Source: a virus. Taken from it: a stretch of DNA of 64,000 bases. The DNA lies in IMG/VR virus record IMGVR_UViG_3300042475_004859, positions 3,147 to 67,146 of that record; one strand, written 5' to 3'. Under the pieces are notes generated by a model. The model saw only the letters and a list, made by a program, of their open reading frames with translations. It searched no databases and was not told the origin of the DNA. The position numbers and the translations under genes were made by a program. Shown here one piece after another: positions 40,265 through 51,300 of the stretch; the first letter of the stretch is position 1, and every line of letters begins with the position of its first letter.

Positions 40265-40288
40265 TTAGTAGACAATTACAGTACCCAG
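40265..40288 (-). pseudogene. fossil gene 3' end (LGTVIVY-stop)
   Basis: 21/24 nt identical to 34514-34537, all three differences synonymous third positions. Confidence 0.7.
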
Positions 40289-40292
40289 GTCA

Positions 40293-42482
40293 TTAGCTAG
40301 ATTGACATAATTTATAAACTAATGTTCCTCCAGCATATTGTAACCCATTCGAAGAATCAAAAACACCGCCAATAGCAAGAAAATCCCCATTATCAGACAT
40401 ATCTAAGCCCCATCCATATTCTCCGCTAGCACTTCCAGTTAATTTTTGATTAAAATTCCAACCATTTTGAGCATTACCTGTATATATTAATGTTCCTCCG
40501 AAATTATTAATTCCAGCACCGTCTCTTGGGCCGCTCATAGATAAAATTGTTCCATTATTATTTACATCAACGTTCCATCCATAATCACCAAACGAATTAT
40601 TTTTTATAGCTTGTTTTAATTGCCAACCGATTTGAGAGTTACCAGTATAAATATATCCAGATTCTAATGTTCCATCTCCAATAAATAAAACGGTCCCATC
40701 ATTATTAGAGCTAACACTATAACCAAAAGTAGAAGGGTTTGCCCCGGTAATTGTTTGTTTTAAAGTCCATCCATTTTGAGAATTTCCAACATAAGCTCTT
40801 GCGGCTCCATAGTATAATGGACTACGATCTTCCCTAGGTGATCCGATTAATATAACATTTCCATTGCTACTTATACTTACATCAAAGCCAAACTGGTCAA
40901 ATGCTTGAAAATTATTAAATTTTAATTGGTCTCTTAAAGTCCATCCATTTTGCGGATTACCCACATAAATCATTGCATACCCCCCACCTATTAAAGGATC
41001 ATTTACAAAACCATATGGCGCACCAACAACAATTACACTAGCATCATTATTAGCATGAATACGATAACCAAAAGTACCCCCTAAACCAGTAATTGATTGT
41101 TTTATGCTCCATCCATTTTGTTCATTTCCGGTATAAATTTTAATTGATCCATTTATAGTTTCAAAACTATTTGTAATTAAAACTGTACCACTATTATCAC
41201 TTGCAATACTTTGGCCTATAGCAGAATTAGAGAAATTTCCTTCAATTTTTTGTTTAAAACCCCAATTTTGACCTTGTGTTCCAGTATATATAAGTACCGC
41301 ACCATAGTCTCCACCACCACCAAAATCATAATAAGGCCCACCTATGAATAAAACCGTTCCATTCGTATTTATTTTAGCAGAAGTCCCGAATCTAGCTTCC
41401 GCACGATCCCCCATAATTTTCTGAGTTAAACAGTATAATCCTTGAGAAGAGCTGCTCGATGAAGAGCTGCTCGACGACGAACTGCTCGACGACGAACTAC
41501 TCGACGACGAACTGCTCGACGACGAACTGCTCGACGACGAACTGCTCGAAGAACTTATTGATAAATTTTTATTAAGTTTAACAAATCTGTCTACAGGCTG
41601 GTTATTAAATACAGTAAATGAACCACCCACGTAAATATTGTTATTATCAGCATCAATAGCAAAAACTTCTTTTTTAGGACCACCAAAGTCACAACAGCCA
41701 ATTTTATTTTCTATAAAATTAATTAAATTAAATGGGTTCGAGTTAATTATTCCGATGTTTCTACTATAACCATTACCAACTTTTGAATCTAAAGTTGTTT
41801 GTAATATAAGCGAATTATCAATCTGTTGTTGCCCTGAATTAGAAGTAATAATTGTAAATTCATCTAAAGCGTCATGTTGAACTGTATTACTAAAAATAGA
41901 GAATACTAAATCTATAGAAACTAAAGGGTCTTTTTCTAAAATTTCTATTAATAAAACTTGCTGATAATCATTATAACATTTATTTCCATTTGCTGAAATT
42001 AAAATTGATCCTGGACCAACTCTTTTTGTAAATATTCTATAAACATTTTTTGATAATTCTGTTATTGTAAAATAATCTAAATTTAAAGGCAATAAAGAAA
42101 TTTCTAACTCACTGTCTAAAGAAAACCTAACATCAAAAAATTTTTCATCAATCTTTTTTTTCACATCATTAATTAACACGGGCCCATCTTTTGTTAATTC
42201 CTCTATTATTAATTTTTGATTAGATGGTTCTACATATAAAGATCGACAAATTTCTAACTCTTCAAACTCGTCTGTCCCCAATTGTTTAGCAAATATATCT
42301 GTAGCCCCAGCACAAACAATAGATACAAAACCATATTCATTTACTCTCGCTACGGATTCATCGCTAACTCTATATAATATTTTTCCAGGATTTGTACTTT
42401 TAACGTTTAAACTGAACTCTGGAGATGAAACTTCTTTCAAATCTATAAAAGGAAAATCAATAGTTGGAAAAGTTTTATACAT
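40293..42482 (-). CDS. modular protein: Ig-like domains, one delta-60 blade, poly-Ser, FG-GAP-like propeller
   Basis: YRVSDESVARV..G.VSIV Ig-like motif; NIYVGGSF; YTGN..NGW.LKQ repeats. Confidence 0.7.
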   Translation of the reverse strand: MYKTFPTIDFPFIDLKEVSSPEFSLNVKSTNPGKILYRVSDESVARVNEYGFVSIVCAGATDIFAKQLGTDEFEELEICRSLYVEPSNQKLIIEELTKDGPVLINDVKKKIDEKFFDVRFSLDSELEISLLPLNLDYFTITELSKNVYRIFTKRVGPGSILISANGNKCYNDYQQVLLIEILEKDPLVSIDLVFSIFSNTVQHDALDEFTIITSNSGQQQIDNSLILQTTLDSKVGNGYSRNIGIINSNPFNLINFIENKIGCCDFGGPKKEVFAIDADNNNIYVGGSFTVFNNQPVDRFVKLNKNLSISSSSSSSSSSSSSSSSSSSSSSSSSSSSSSSSSSSSSQGLYCLTQKIMGDRAEARFGTSAKINTNGTVLFIGGPYYDFGGGGDYGAVLIYTGTQGQNWGFKQKIEGNFSNSAIGQSIASDNSGTVLITNSFETINGSIKIYTGNEQNGWSIKQSITGLGGTFGYRIHANNDASVIVVGAPYGFVNDPLIGGGYAMIYVGNPQNGWTLRDQLKFNNFQAFDQFGFDVSISSNGNVILIGSPREDRSPLYYGAARAYVGNSQNGWTLKQTITGANPSTFGYSVSSNNDGTVLFIGDGTLESGYIYTGNSQIGWQLKQAIKNNSFGDYGWNVDVNNNGTILSMSGPRDGAGINNFGGTLIYTGNAQNGWNFNQKLTGSASGEYGWGLDMSDNGDFLAIGGVFDSSNGLQYAGGTLVYKLCQSS
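41445..41555 (-). repeat. 15-nt repeat (TCGTCGTCGAGCAGT) encoding about 37 Ser
   Basis: actgctcgacgacga units on the + strand. Confidence 0.9.
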
Positions 42483-42486
42483 AAAT

Positions 42487-43713
42487 TTATAGTGGATAAG
42501 ATTCTGGTTTTAAAGTTGCCTGTTTGAAATTAAGAAAATCTGATCCAAGATTTTTAGGAAAATATGGTAAGATACCAGTTTCACCAATTGTTGAAGATCC
42601 AGAACTGATAATAAAATCAGCCTCTTCAAACTCCCCAATCTGAATTAGCGATTCTGGAATTCCGGTTTTATTTATAAAAGTAAATTTTAGTTTGCCAGCT
42701 GTATCCGATTCTGTTTTATTATTATAAAATAACGGTAATGTAAATAACAATTCTTGTTGAGTCGGGGGAAAAGATCCAGACCAAAATATTCCGCTTTCTA
42801 AAGCTAATTGCGAAGCATATTTATAACCATAATCCTCATTAAAAACACCTTGAATAATAACATCTATACCATAATCTAAGAAACCCGAACGATTAATAAT
42901 AAAAGATAAAAATTTATTTTGTTTATTTCCGCTGTATATTCCAGTAGAAAAACTATAAAAAGTATTTAAAATACTAACCGCTTCTCCGCTTGAAATTGGT
43001 TCATAGTTGATAACTCCTATATATTCTCCGGTCAATAAAAATAAACCAGTATTTAGAGGATATTTAGAATCGCCAAAATATAACCCCCCACTAATTCTTC
43101 CAATATTTTCAAGTTGATTATTATTATTTTGATATAAACTAAATCTTATTAATGTATTTGTATTATTAGAAGTTAATGATAAACCGAATGGGTAATGCCT
43201 ATGAGAAATTCCAAATTCGTTAATTACTTTGACATCTTCCCACTCAAAATTTCCTTCTTGATAAGCTTCGAATTGAGCTGTTCCGACATTATACATAAGA
43301 ACATCACCTTTTTCTCCAATATTGGCAATATTTGGATTCAATGATCTGTATTTTATAGGAAGACCACTACTAGAAAAAGCGTAAGAACTTAAAGAAAAAT
43401 TGGCTTCTCCTAAATATTTATTCGGAATTAAAAAAAAGTTAATTGATTGTTTTTTCCTTTTTACATCGATTAAAACAAATTTTTCAACAGGATCCCAGCT
43501 AAAATTACCGCGATTAAAAATTTTTACTAGCGTCTTTCCAAAATTTACTATTTGTACATTTCCATCAGAATCTACATTTAAAACACGATTATTCTGACTT
43601 TCGTAAAATAATGGTAAATTGCTATCTACAGTAGCATTTAAATTAAATGGTGGATCCATAGTAAACAATTCGTATGTATCGAAAGGTAAAAATATAGTTT
43701 GCTCTTGTGCCAT
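42487..43713 (-). CDS. protein with two N-terminal Ig-like (Big_2-type) repeats
   Basis: F.L.A..DS.LP..Y.S.N..V..V..G.V....G......GN..W repeated twice. Confidence 0.65.
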   Translation of the reverse strand: MAQEQTIFLPFDTYELFTMDPPFNLNATVDSNLPLFYESQNNRVLNVDSDGNVQIVNFGKTLVKIFNRGNFSWDPVEKFVLIDVKRKKQSINFFLIPNKYLGEANFSLSSYAFSSSGLPIKYRSLNPNIANIGEKGDVLMYNVGTAQFEAYQEGNFEWEDVKVINEFGISHRHYPFGLSLTSNNTNTLIRFSLYQNNNNQLENIGRISGGLYFGDSKYPLNTGLFLLTGEYIGVINYEPISSGEAVSILNTFYSFSTGIYSGNKQNKFLSFIINRSGFLDYGIDVIIQGVFNEDYGYKYASQLALESGIFWSGSFPPTQQELLFTLPLFYNNKTESDTAGKLKFTFINKTGIPESLIQIGEFEEADFIISSGSSTIGETGILPYFPKNLGSDFLNFKQATLKPESYPL

Positions 43714-43732
43714 ATATTATAATTTAATTACA

Positions 43733-44575
43733 CTATTTATTTTTCAATAAAAAATTATTATTTAATAATTTATTATATACATCCGGAAATAAATCTTTAA
43801 GTTTATTTTCTATTTTTTTAGCCGTTTCGGGTTTGTTTTTTGCACCCATTAAATGGGTATATTTAATTTTATCTTCATACTCGAGAAGTATTTCACCATT
43901 TTCTTCATAAGATACCATTGGAATGATTTCTTGTATTTTTATATTAAATTCTTTTACAAGAACATATAAAGCAAATTGTTCAACAAAAGTACAGTCAATG
44001 AATCTAAAGTTATTTTTATAATTATTATTTAAATCTATTCCAAAGTCTGTCCATTTTTTAATAAAGTCAATATCTTTAGCATTTATAAATCCACAATTAT
44101 AACCAGCAAAATCATTTTCTATCAAATGATTTATAAGAAAATCATGTTTATTTTCATTATTACTTATATAATTTACAAATAATTCTTTATAAAATCCTGG
44201 GAAAAAATTATCAAACTCAAAGCTTTGTACAACCAAATTGCTTTCCGTGCCAATATTTAAAACATTTTCCCACAAAAACACATCATGATCGATATGAACA
44301 AATGGTTTCTTCTGGTTGTTCATTACATATAACTTCGGTACAGCCCATCGGTCAATTGATAAAGAGTTACAGTATATATTTAGTATTTCTGTATTAAAAC
44401 TTACATCATCAAGAATTCTACTTAAAATAAATTTTCCGTAATAATCTGTATAAATAATTATTTTTGAAGCGTAATTTTTGCTTAAAGAAACAGATAACAA
44501 TAAATTAATAATATTATTATATAAATTATTTTTTAAAAAATATGGTTTTGTCCAAAAAGTATAAACAATTTTCAT
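43733..44575 (-). CDS. putative GT-A-fold glycosyltransferase (DUF6734-like)
   Basis: VYTFWTKP, IYTD, WAVPKL, PFVHIDHDVFLW (DxD), NCGF, VEQ, YTHLMG. Confidence 0.6.
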   Translation of the reverse strand: MKIVYTFWTKPYFLKNNLYNNIINLLLSVSLSKNYASKIIIYTDYYGKFILSRILDDVSFNTEILNIYCNSLSIDRWAVPKLYVMNNQKKPFVHIDHDVFLWENVLNIGTESNLVVQSFEFDNFFPGFYKELFVNYISNNENKHDFLINHLIENDFAGYNCGFINAKDIDFIKKWTDFGIDLNNNYKNNFRFIDCTFVEQFALYVLVKEFNIKIQEIIPMVSYEENGEILLEYEDKIKYTHLMGAKNKPETAKKIENKLKDLFPDVYNKLLNNNFLLKNK

Positions 44576-47500
44576 TTAGTTCAAAAATTCCATGCCAAGA
44601 CCCTGAGCGCCAGCAGAGCTCGACGAGCTACTCGACGAGCTACTCGACGAGCTACTCGACGAACTACTCGACGAACTACTCGACGAGCTACTCGACGAGC
44701 TACTCGACGAGCTACTCGACGAACTACTTGACGAACTACTTGACGAGCTACTCGACGAACTACTCGACGAACTACTTGACGAACTACTTGACGAACTACT
44801 TGACGAGCTGCTACATATATAGCAATTACCTGCACCAGCAAAAGGTCCGAAATCAAAGTCTCTTTGACCTGTATATAAATAGCACTCTTGGTCTATACAT
44901 ACAAAATAATCTTCACTTGAGGAAGACGAACATCTTATTCCCAAGGATAAACAACAATTATAAATATAATCACCACATGGATTTGTAATACGAACATTTG
45001 TAATTCCGAAATGGGGACTATTATTTCCTGGGGATGGCCTGATTGCTACAAAAAATGGTTTTTGATTACCATCACCATCTTTATCTCCGAAGATTTTACG
45101 ACTTGTTTCTTCGCTAATAATAGCTGAACTATATCTATCATAAGGACCATTATAAGGATATGGTCCAGGACCATTATCTTCTGGACCGCTTGCATTGTTT
45201 AGATTCGCATTTAAAACTAATACACCACTTATTATATCTTCTGTAATTACACATTCTGGTGCGTAGCCTATATATATATCAAATTTAGCTCTATTACAAA
45301 CATGACCCCCACCACATGGAGCACCTGGGAGTTCGTCGCATGGACAAGGGCCGTTTTCTTCATTACATTCGACCGCTTTACAAGGATCTAAATCACCATT
45401 TCCAACGCTATCAGAAGGTCCAGATGGATCTGCATTTCCAGTACACATTATGGTAGATTCTGGAGGGTTATTACGACTAAATAAGTGAAGATAAATTGCT
45501 TCAACAGTATGATTTGCTAAAGTATCAGAAGCACATCCAGGATCACAAGAAGACGAAGAAGAAACGCAGTCAATTTCTTCATAAAAATTATTTTCCGTAG
45601 GGATTTGACTACCAGAAGAAATAATATAAGCTTTCCCTCGATAAACAAATTCATCTTTTCCAGAAATATATGTGAAAGGGGCTCCAAACAACCAATTATC
45701 ATTATCATTAGATAAACTATAACCCAGCCCATTAAAAGGTGGTATACATAAAGTATTGTTATATATATTTTTAATATTATAACTAATCTTTCCGCTATTT
45801 AAAAATATTGGTTCTACATCTTCAACAATAAGATTCGCATTTACTTTTAATTCTGCCGCCGCGTTACCACCATAACTTAATAATTCTAAAGATAAAGATT
45901 GCCCACTACTAAGATTTCTAGTATAAGGACGAATAGTATGAGCTCCATTACCACTTGTATTTCCACTGCAAACATTACTGTAAAATGGATATCGACCACT
46001 TTCATAAACAAAACCATTAATTACCAAATCATCATCAACACTACCAGTGATAGTTAACCTTAATCTTCCATTTAAATTATTTGTATAATTTCTTAATAAA
46101 AATTTTGAACAAGTACCATTTTCATTTCCACTGAAAAAAGATAAATTTTCAACAAAAAAGTTTTCAATAGTAGTAAAATTTCTTTTTCCGGTATCAAATA
46201 TATATCCACTTATAAAATAAACAGAATTTTCAGACGGACTACCATAATATAAAAAATTGTTTTGCTCATTCAAGGCGAAACTCATTCCATAATTCGGCAC
46301 CAAATAATTTAAATTATAAACTTGTAAAAATGGACTAGTTCTGTATATATTTAAAATACCGCTATTTAAATAAGGCACTCCATATAGAAATCCAGAACCA
46401 TTTTTAGACATATAAGTATATTGACTAAAATGATATTTTTTTCTTAAATCTAGGCTGGGAGAAACGTCTTCTCGAATAATTGATTCAAGAGTATTATTAT
46501 TATAATAATGAATATTAAATTTTTGAGGAGATAATTCCGATATAATATATTTACCCCCATTATCACTAATAGAAACACTATCGCCAAAAAAAGTATTTTC
46601 ATCTTGACTTGATAAAACATTATTTGGAACCCAATTCGAGTCCTGTTTATTATAAATGAAAACTTTCGATTTGCTTAAACTTTTATTTTTATTAATGTCC
46701 AAAATTTTAAAATCATATCTATTAATCCACGTGTTTCCATAATCTTTCGAAATAGAAATAGCTGGAATATCACTAAAATTTATATGTCCAATGCCAATTT
46801 GATATTCTCCATTATAACTAATAATTTGGTCAGATAATTCTACAGCATTAACATTTTTGTCTGTGAACGATAGCCCAAAATCGTTAGATACAGATACAGT
46901 ATCGGAGAATTCTTTGGTTAAAAATTGGAATTGTACATTATTACTCACACTTATTCCAATACCACCCCCCAAATTTAATTTTTCTATAAACCATGTATTT
47001 CCATAGTCTGTGGATCTAAATAAATGACCCGGAGAGCTACCTGCCATATCACCATAGTAAGATGTCGCATATTGGTCTTTTCCATTATTAAAAATTTTAA
47101 CAGATGTTGTTATATAACCACTAGGCAAAACCTTTTCCGTCCAACTTTGCCCATAATCTTCTGATACAAATAAACTAAAATAACTTCCAGCAATTTGATA
47201 TTTTCCATCCGTACTCATGTCTAAACATGAATTTATTAATAAGCTAGGAAATCTTGTTCGCCAGCTTTCTCCAAAATTGTTTGAATTACGAATTTTATAT
47301 CTTAAGCTAGATTCTCTAATTGTTGTTAGTTGATATCTACCATCATCACTAAGAATAATATTTTTTATGTTAGTATTTGATCTATCAAAATGATCATCTT
47401 TTTGAGACCATGTTTCTCCGAAATTATTTGAAACATATACATGACCACTATTAGGAATTGCAACTTGGTAACGACCATCTCCATTTATAGCGACAGACTG

Positions 47501-48316
47501 CCAATACCTATCATTTTCTTTTTTATTCCAGGTGATTCCAGTATTGTTTGAAATATAGAGTTTATCTAAACCCGTAGTAATTGCTATTTGATACTGCCCA
47601 ACTTGATATTGATTCGATAAGACATTAAAACCTGGAGCCCCGACAATTAGCCTATTACCATTTTTATCGGTATCTATTGAATACCCGAAGTTTGCATTAT
47701 ATTCTCCGAAACCGCTAAGAATAGTCTCTAATAACCATTCTTCAGCGCTCGTTTCATTGTTTCCAGACTTATTGAAAACGTATACTGCCCCATAACCACT
47801 TTCATATAAGAAAGTATTATTAACATTATTTACTCCACCATAAAATGGTTCACTAACAAATAATCTATTTCCACTATAGTTTAAAACTATATTATGACCA
47901 AAATGACCGAAAGGAGAAGATCCATACAATTTCTTGGTTAGCTCCCAATCCGTTCCAGAAATATGTTTATAAATATAAACAGCTCCCACATTTTTTTTAT
48001 TATCGTTCAAGTTTTCTTGTGGAGCGGAAATGGCAACATAATTTCCTGAATTAATATCTACATCAAATCCATAATAATTAAAATTTTGTTGAGGCCCCCA
48101 AAAGAAATTACCAGTTGGAATTTTTGGTCTACCAGCTAGATCATGCAATCGCTTTGGAGAAAACGGGTCTGTAGCGCAACCACTATCACAAGACAAATGA
48201 TACCTAAAGAATTTTGTATTACAACTTGTAATACAATCAATATCATTAATTATATAATTTCCACTAAAATAGTCACCACCTATTTTAACGAGCTCCCCTT
48301 GTAAAAAATTATTCAT
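44576..48316 (-). CDS. modular putative virion protein: FG-GAP propeller with Asp-box insert, Cys-rich domain, terminal poly-Ser
   Basis: AISAP..VGAVYIY and IVGAPG blades; seven S.D/N.G.TW-type repeats; about 66 Ser near the C-terminus. Confidence 0.7.
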   Translation of the reverse strand: MNNFLQGELVKIGGDYFSGNYIINDIDCITSCNTKFFRYHLSCDSGCATDPFSPKRLHDLAGRPKIPTGNFFWGPQQNFNYYGFDVDINSGNYVAISAPQENLNDNKKNVGAVYIYKHISGTDWELTKKLYGSSPFGHFGHNIVLNYSGNRLFVSEPFYGGVNNVNNTFLYESGYGAVYVFNKSGNNETSAEEWLLETILSGFGEYNANFGYSIDTDKNGNRLIVGAPGFNVLSNQYQVGQYQIAITTGLDKLYISNNTGITWNKKENDRYWQSVAINGDGRYQVAIPNSGHVYVSNNFGETWSQKDDHFDRSNTNIKNIILSDDGRYQLTTIRESSLRYKIRNSNNFGESWRTRFPSLLINSCLDMSTDGKYQIAGSYFSLFVSEDYGQSWTEKVLPSGYITTSVKIFNNGKDQYATSYYGDMAGSSPGHLFRSTDYGNTWFIEKLNLGGGIGISVSNNVQFQFLTKEFSDTVSVSNDFGLSFTDKNVNAVELSDQIISYNGEYQIGIGHINFSDIPAISISKDYGNTWINRYDFKILDINKNKSLSKSKVFIYNKQDSNWVPNNVLSSQDENTFFGDSVSISDNGGKYIISELSPQKFNIHYYNNNTLESIIREDVSPSLDLRKKYHFSQYTYMSKNGSGFLYGVPYLNSGILNIYRTSPFLQVYNLNYLVPNYGMSFALNEQNNFLYYGSPSENSVYFISGYIFDTGKRNFTTIENFFVENLSFFSGNENGTCSKFLLRNYTNNLNGRLRLTITGSVDDDLVINGFVYESGRYPFYSNVCSGNTSGNGAHTIRPYTRNLSSGQSLSLELLSYGGNAAAELKVNANLIVEDVEPIFLNSGKISYNIKNIYNNTLCIPPFNGLGYSLSNDNDNWLFGAPFTYISGKDEFVYRGKAYIISSGSQIPTENNFYEEIDCVSSSSSCDPGCASDTLANHTVEAIYLHLFSRNNPPESTIMCTGNADPSGPSDSVGNGDLDPCKAVECNEENGPCPCDELPGAPCGGGHVCNRAKFDIYIGYAPECVITEDIISGVLVLNANLNNASGPEDNGPGPYPYNGPYDRYSSAIISEETSRKIFGDKDGDGNQKPFFVAIRPSPGNNSPHFGITNVRITNPCGDYIYNCCLSLGIRCSSSSSEDYFVCIDQECYLYTGQRDFDFGPFAGAGNCYICSSSSSSSSSSSSSSSSSSSSSSSSSSSSSSSSSSSSSSSSSSSSSSSSSSSSSSSSSSSSSSSSSSAGAQGLGMEFLN
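44615..44812 (-). repeat. 12-nt repeat (TCGTCRAGTAGY) encoding about 66 Ser
   Basis: ctactcgacgag/ctacttgacgaa units on the + strand. Confidence 0.92.
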
Positions 48317-48387
48317 ATATAATTCTATTATTATATTAATTTATTGTTAATAATTATAAATATTATTATTTAAATTTAAAATCAGTT

Positions 48388-51300
48388 TCATATTGTTGTA
48401 AAATAACCGGTAACATAATCACTAACGCCATTAAGATTTTGATTTATAGATCTTAAACGTGTGTAGTATGTAGTGTTTGCACTCAGTCCAGTGATAAAAA
48501 TACCACTCATTATAATTGCTCTATTTCTATTCCATTTTAAGCCCCATTCTATTTCTTGATATTGTTCAAGCGTCCAATACCCTGTTGGATTTGAAATTAA
48601 ATCTTGAAAATTAATAATTTTGTTATTATAACCAGGAATAAAATTAAGAAAATTCGAGTTTGTAGAAACATCTAAAATATAATTTGTTGTTTTTTCGTTT
48701 ATATAATAAAACATTCCAGGAATAGGCGTTCTTAATCTTTCTGACCTATCAAGAGTTATTAAATCTTCTGGTACCGAAGCAAGACTTGATCTTGGATTAG
48801 GAATATAAACAACTGGAGTATAACGACTATTTTCTATTCTTGCCCAATTTATAAAAGCTTTGTTAGTACTAATATTAGTAAATATAGCATGGCCAGGTTT
48901 TTCAATTACTGGTTGAGCAGTCATTTCTTTAATTAAAATAGTCTGTGGAAAATTATTTTCAATAATTTCTATTCTATATCCGCTATTTATATTCAAAATA
49001 TTTTCATTAATGTTATTATAAAATATAACTATATCATTTTCTTTAAAAATTCCGGATTGGCTATATGTTGTTAATTGTAAACCACACCCATTATTTCTGG
49101 GGGAATATATTTCATCATAAAATGCCGTATTTGACATTATTGCGCTAGATCCTGAAATAGCACGAATAAATAATGGGGTTGTAGGTCCATAAGAAATACT
49201 TCCATTACTATTTCCGGATTTTAACCCATTCAATGGTAAACATTTAGATTTAGTCGTAAAAATAAAACCAGACGAATAAGTATTATTAATTCCGCTACTT
49301 AGAACAAAAGTACTTTGCCCATTTGGATTTGAAAAATATGGATATACACATTTTGTTAGCGAAGACACTGAAGGTAAGTCACTTACAAACCCAGAATTTC
49401 CAGGATAATACCCACCACAAGCCCTATCAGATTTATATGGGTATACCACTTGAGAACTAGGCCAAGTTCTATTACTAGCCCAATAATATATTGGGCTATG
49501 CCATGCTTTTATCATAGATTTAAATCTAATATAATATGTAGTATTTTCTTGAAGATTCGGTATTAGAATAGATCCATTTTTATTGTAATCTCCTTTTACA
49601 AATTCATAATCTTTATAAATAAAATTGGCAAAATTCGAATTTGTAGAAACATCCACTAAATAATATAGCCCACTTGTAATATAAGTAGAATAGTCTTCTG
49701 TTATATAATATTGGTCACGAGAGTTTTTAAATGATATCCCAATCGAAGACGAAGTCGGTCTAGACGATTCAATATTTTTTAAAACGCTTGGGAGGGTATA
49801 AAAATATTTAATATATCCATTTGATTGACCAAAATTATTTTCTGGAACCACTTTAAAAAAATATAAAGTAGAAGGGTTTAAATTATTAACTATCTCAATA
49901 TTTGATTGAATACTTTTGTTTTCATACCCACTAATATAATCAAATATATTATTATTAAGACTACTTCTTCCTATACTCAATTTATAATTGTTAGCGCCTT
50001 GAATAAAATTCCAATTTATTGTAACACTATTTTCTGTTATATTAGATGTGGAAGTTTGATTTGTAAATAAATTTTGTGGAAGAGAAGTAAAAGTACATGT
50101 AGAGGAAATAAATTGAAAATTATTCAATGTATTTCCATAACCGATTCTTAAATAATATGTAGTCCCTGGAGTTATACGTAATTCAGCCGTTTGACTTATT
50201 AATACTTCATTTAATGTTGATAAATATCTTTTATAACTGCTAGAATTTGTAAAACTAGGATTTGTAGATAACTCTACTGTGTAAATTGTATAAGCAGGAT
50301 TTGCATAAAAATTAACTGTAAAAGATTCTTGCCCTATATTTGTAACAAATGGCCCTACAATACTTACAGAAGCAGTTTTTATGGTTAATATATTTGAGTT
50401 TAGACTAGAACCATTATTATTTAAAGCTCTAATTCTTACATAATAAACTGTTCCGGGTTTTAAACCTGTTACAAATTCGTTTGTTATTTTTACTTCTTTA
50501 TTTAAATATCCTGGTATAAAATTAGTAAAATTAATATTCTCAGAAATATCAATACGATATTCGATAGCATTTTGAACAAAAGACCATTGAAGTGAGAATG
50601 TTGTAGGATTAATATCGGATACAGATAAATTATTTGGTGGTTGTAATACATTACTAGAAGAGCTGCTAGAAGAACTGCTGAATAATTTTAAAGTTTTAGC
50701 TGATATAATTGGTGAGTTTATGCTAGTATTTCTAGAATCTATAGAACGAAAACGAATATAATAAGTTTTATCATTTTCTAAATTAACAATATTTTCTTGA
50801 TAATTAGCATTTGCAAGTTTATTTTCGTAACCAGTTAAATAATTTATAAAGCTTGAATTAGAAGAAATGTCTAATCTATAGCCGGTAGCTTCATTTATAC
50901 CCGTCCAATTAATTTGAAATGAATTTAGAGTAATATTTGAAATATTAATTTGCGTTGGCGGTCTTAAATCTAATGTTCTAACTAACTGTGTTGGAGAAAA
51001 AGTTTCATTTACACTGTATTCATTTGCTGTCCGTATTCTTACATAATAATTTGTACTTGGGAATAATCCAGAAACAATATTAGAGTATCCAGTTACTATT
51101 TTATTTTGATAATTATTTACATAGTCTATAAAATTAGATCCAGTTGAAACATCTAAAATATAATAAGTAGCACCAAAAGTGTTAGCCCAATTAGTTTGAA
51201 AAGATTGGTGTTGAATATTTGAAAATGTAACATAGCCTAGATTTATTGGAGACGTTTTAATTTGAAACTTTTCTGAATATGGGCTTATATTTAAATTATC

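Noticed and set aside
44542-44988. Alternative-frame ORFs with STSY/TNYL or RRVA repeats (also 53845..54060 LDEL repeats)
   Set aside because: By-products of the 12-nt poly-Ser repeat read in other frames; no start signals and fully overlapping real genes
48317-48387. Almost pure A/T intergenic stretch as an origin or terminator
   Set aside because: No iterons or stable hairpin; compatible with an ordinary spacer in AT-rich DNA
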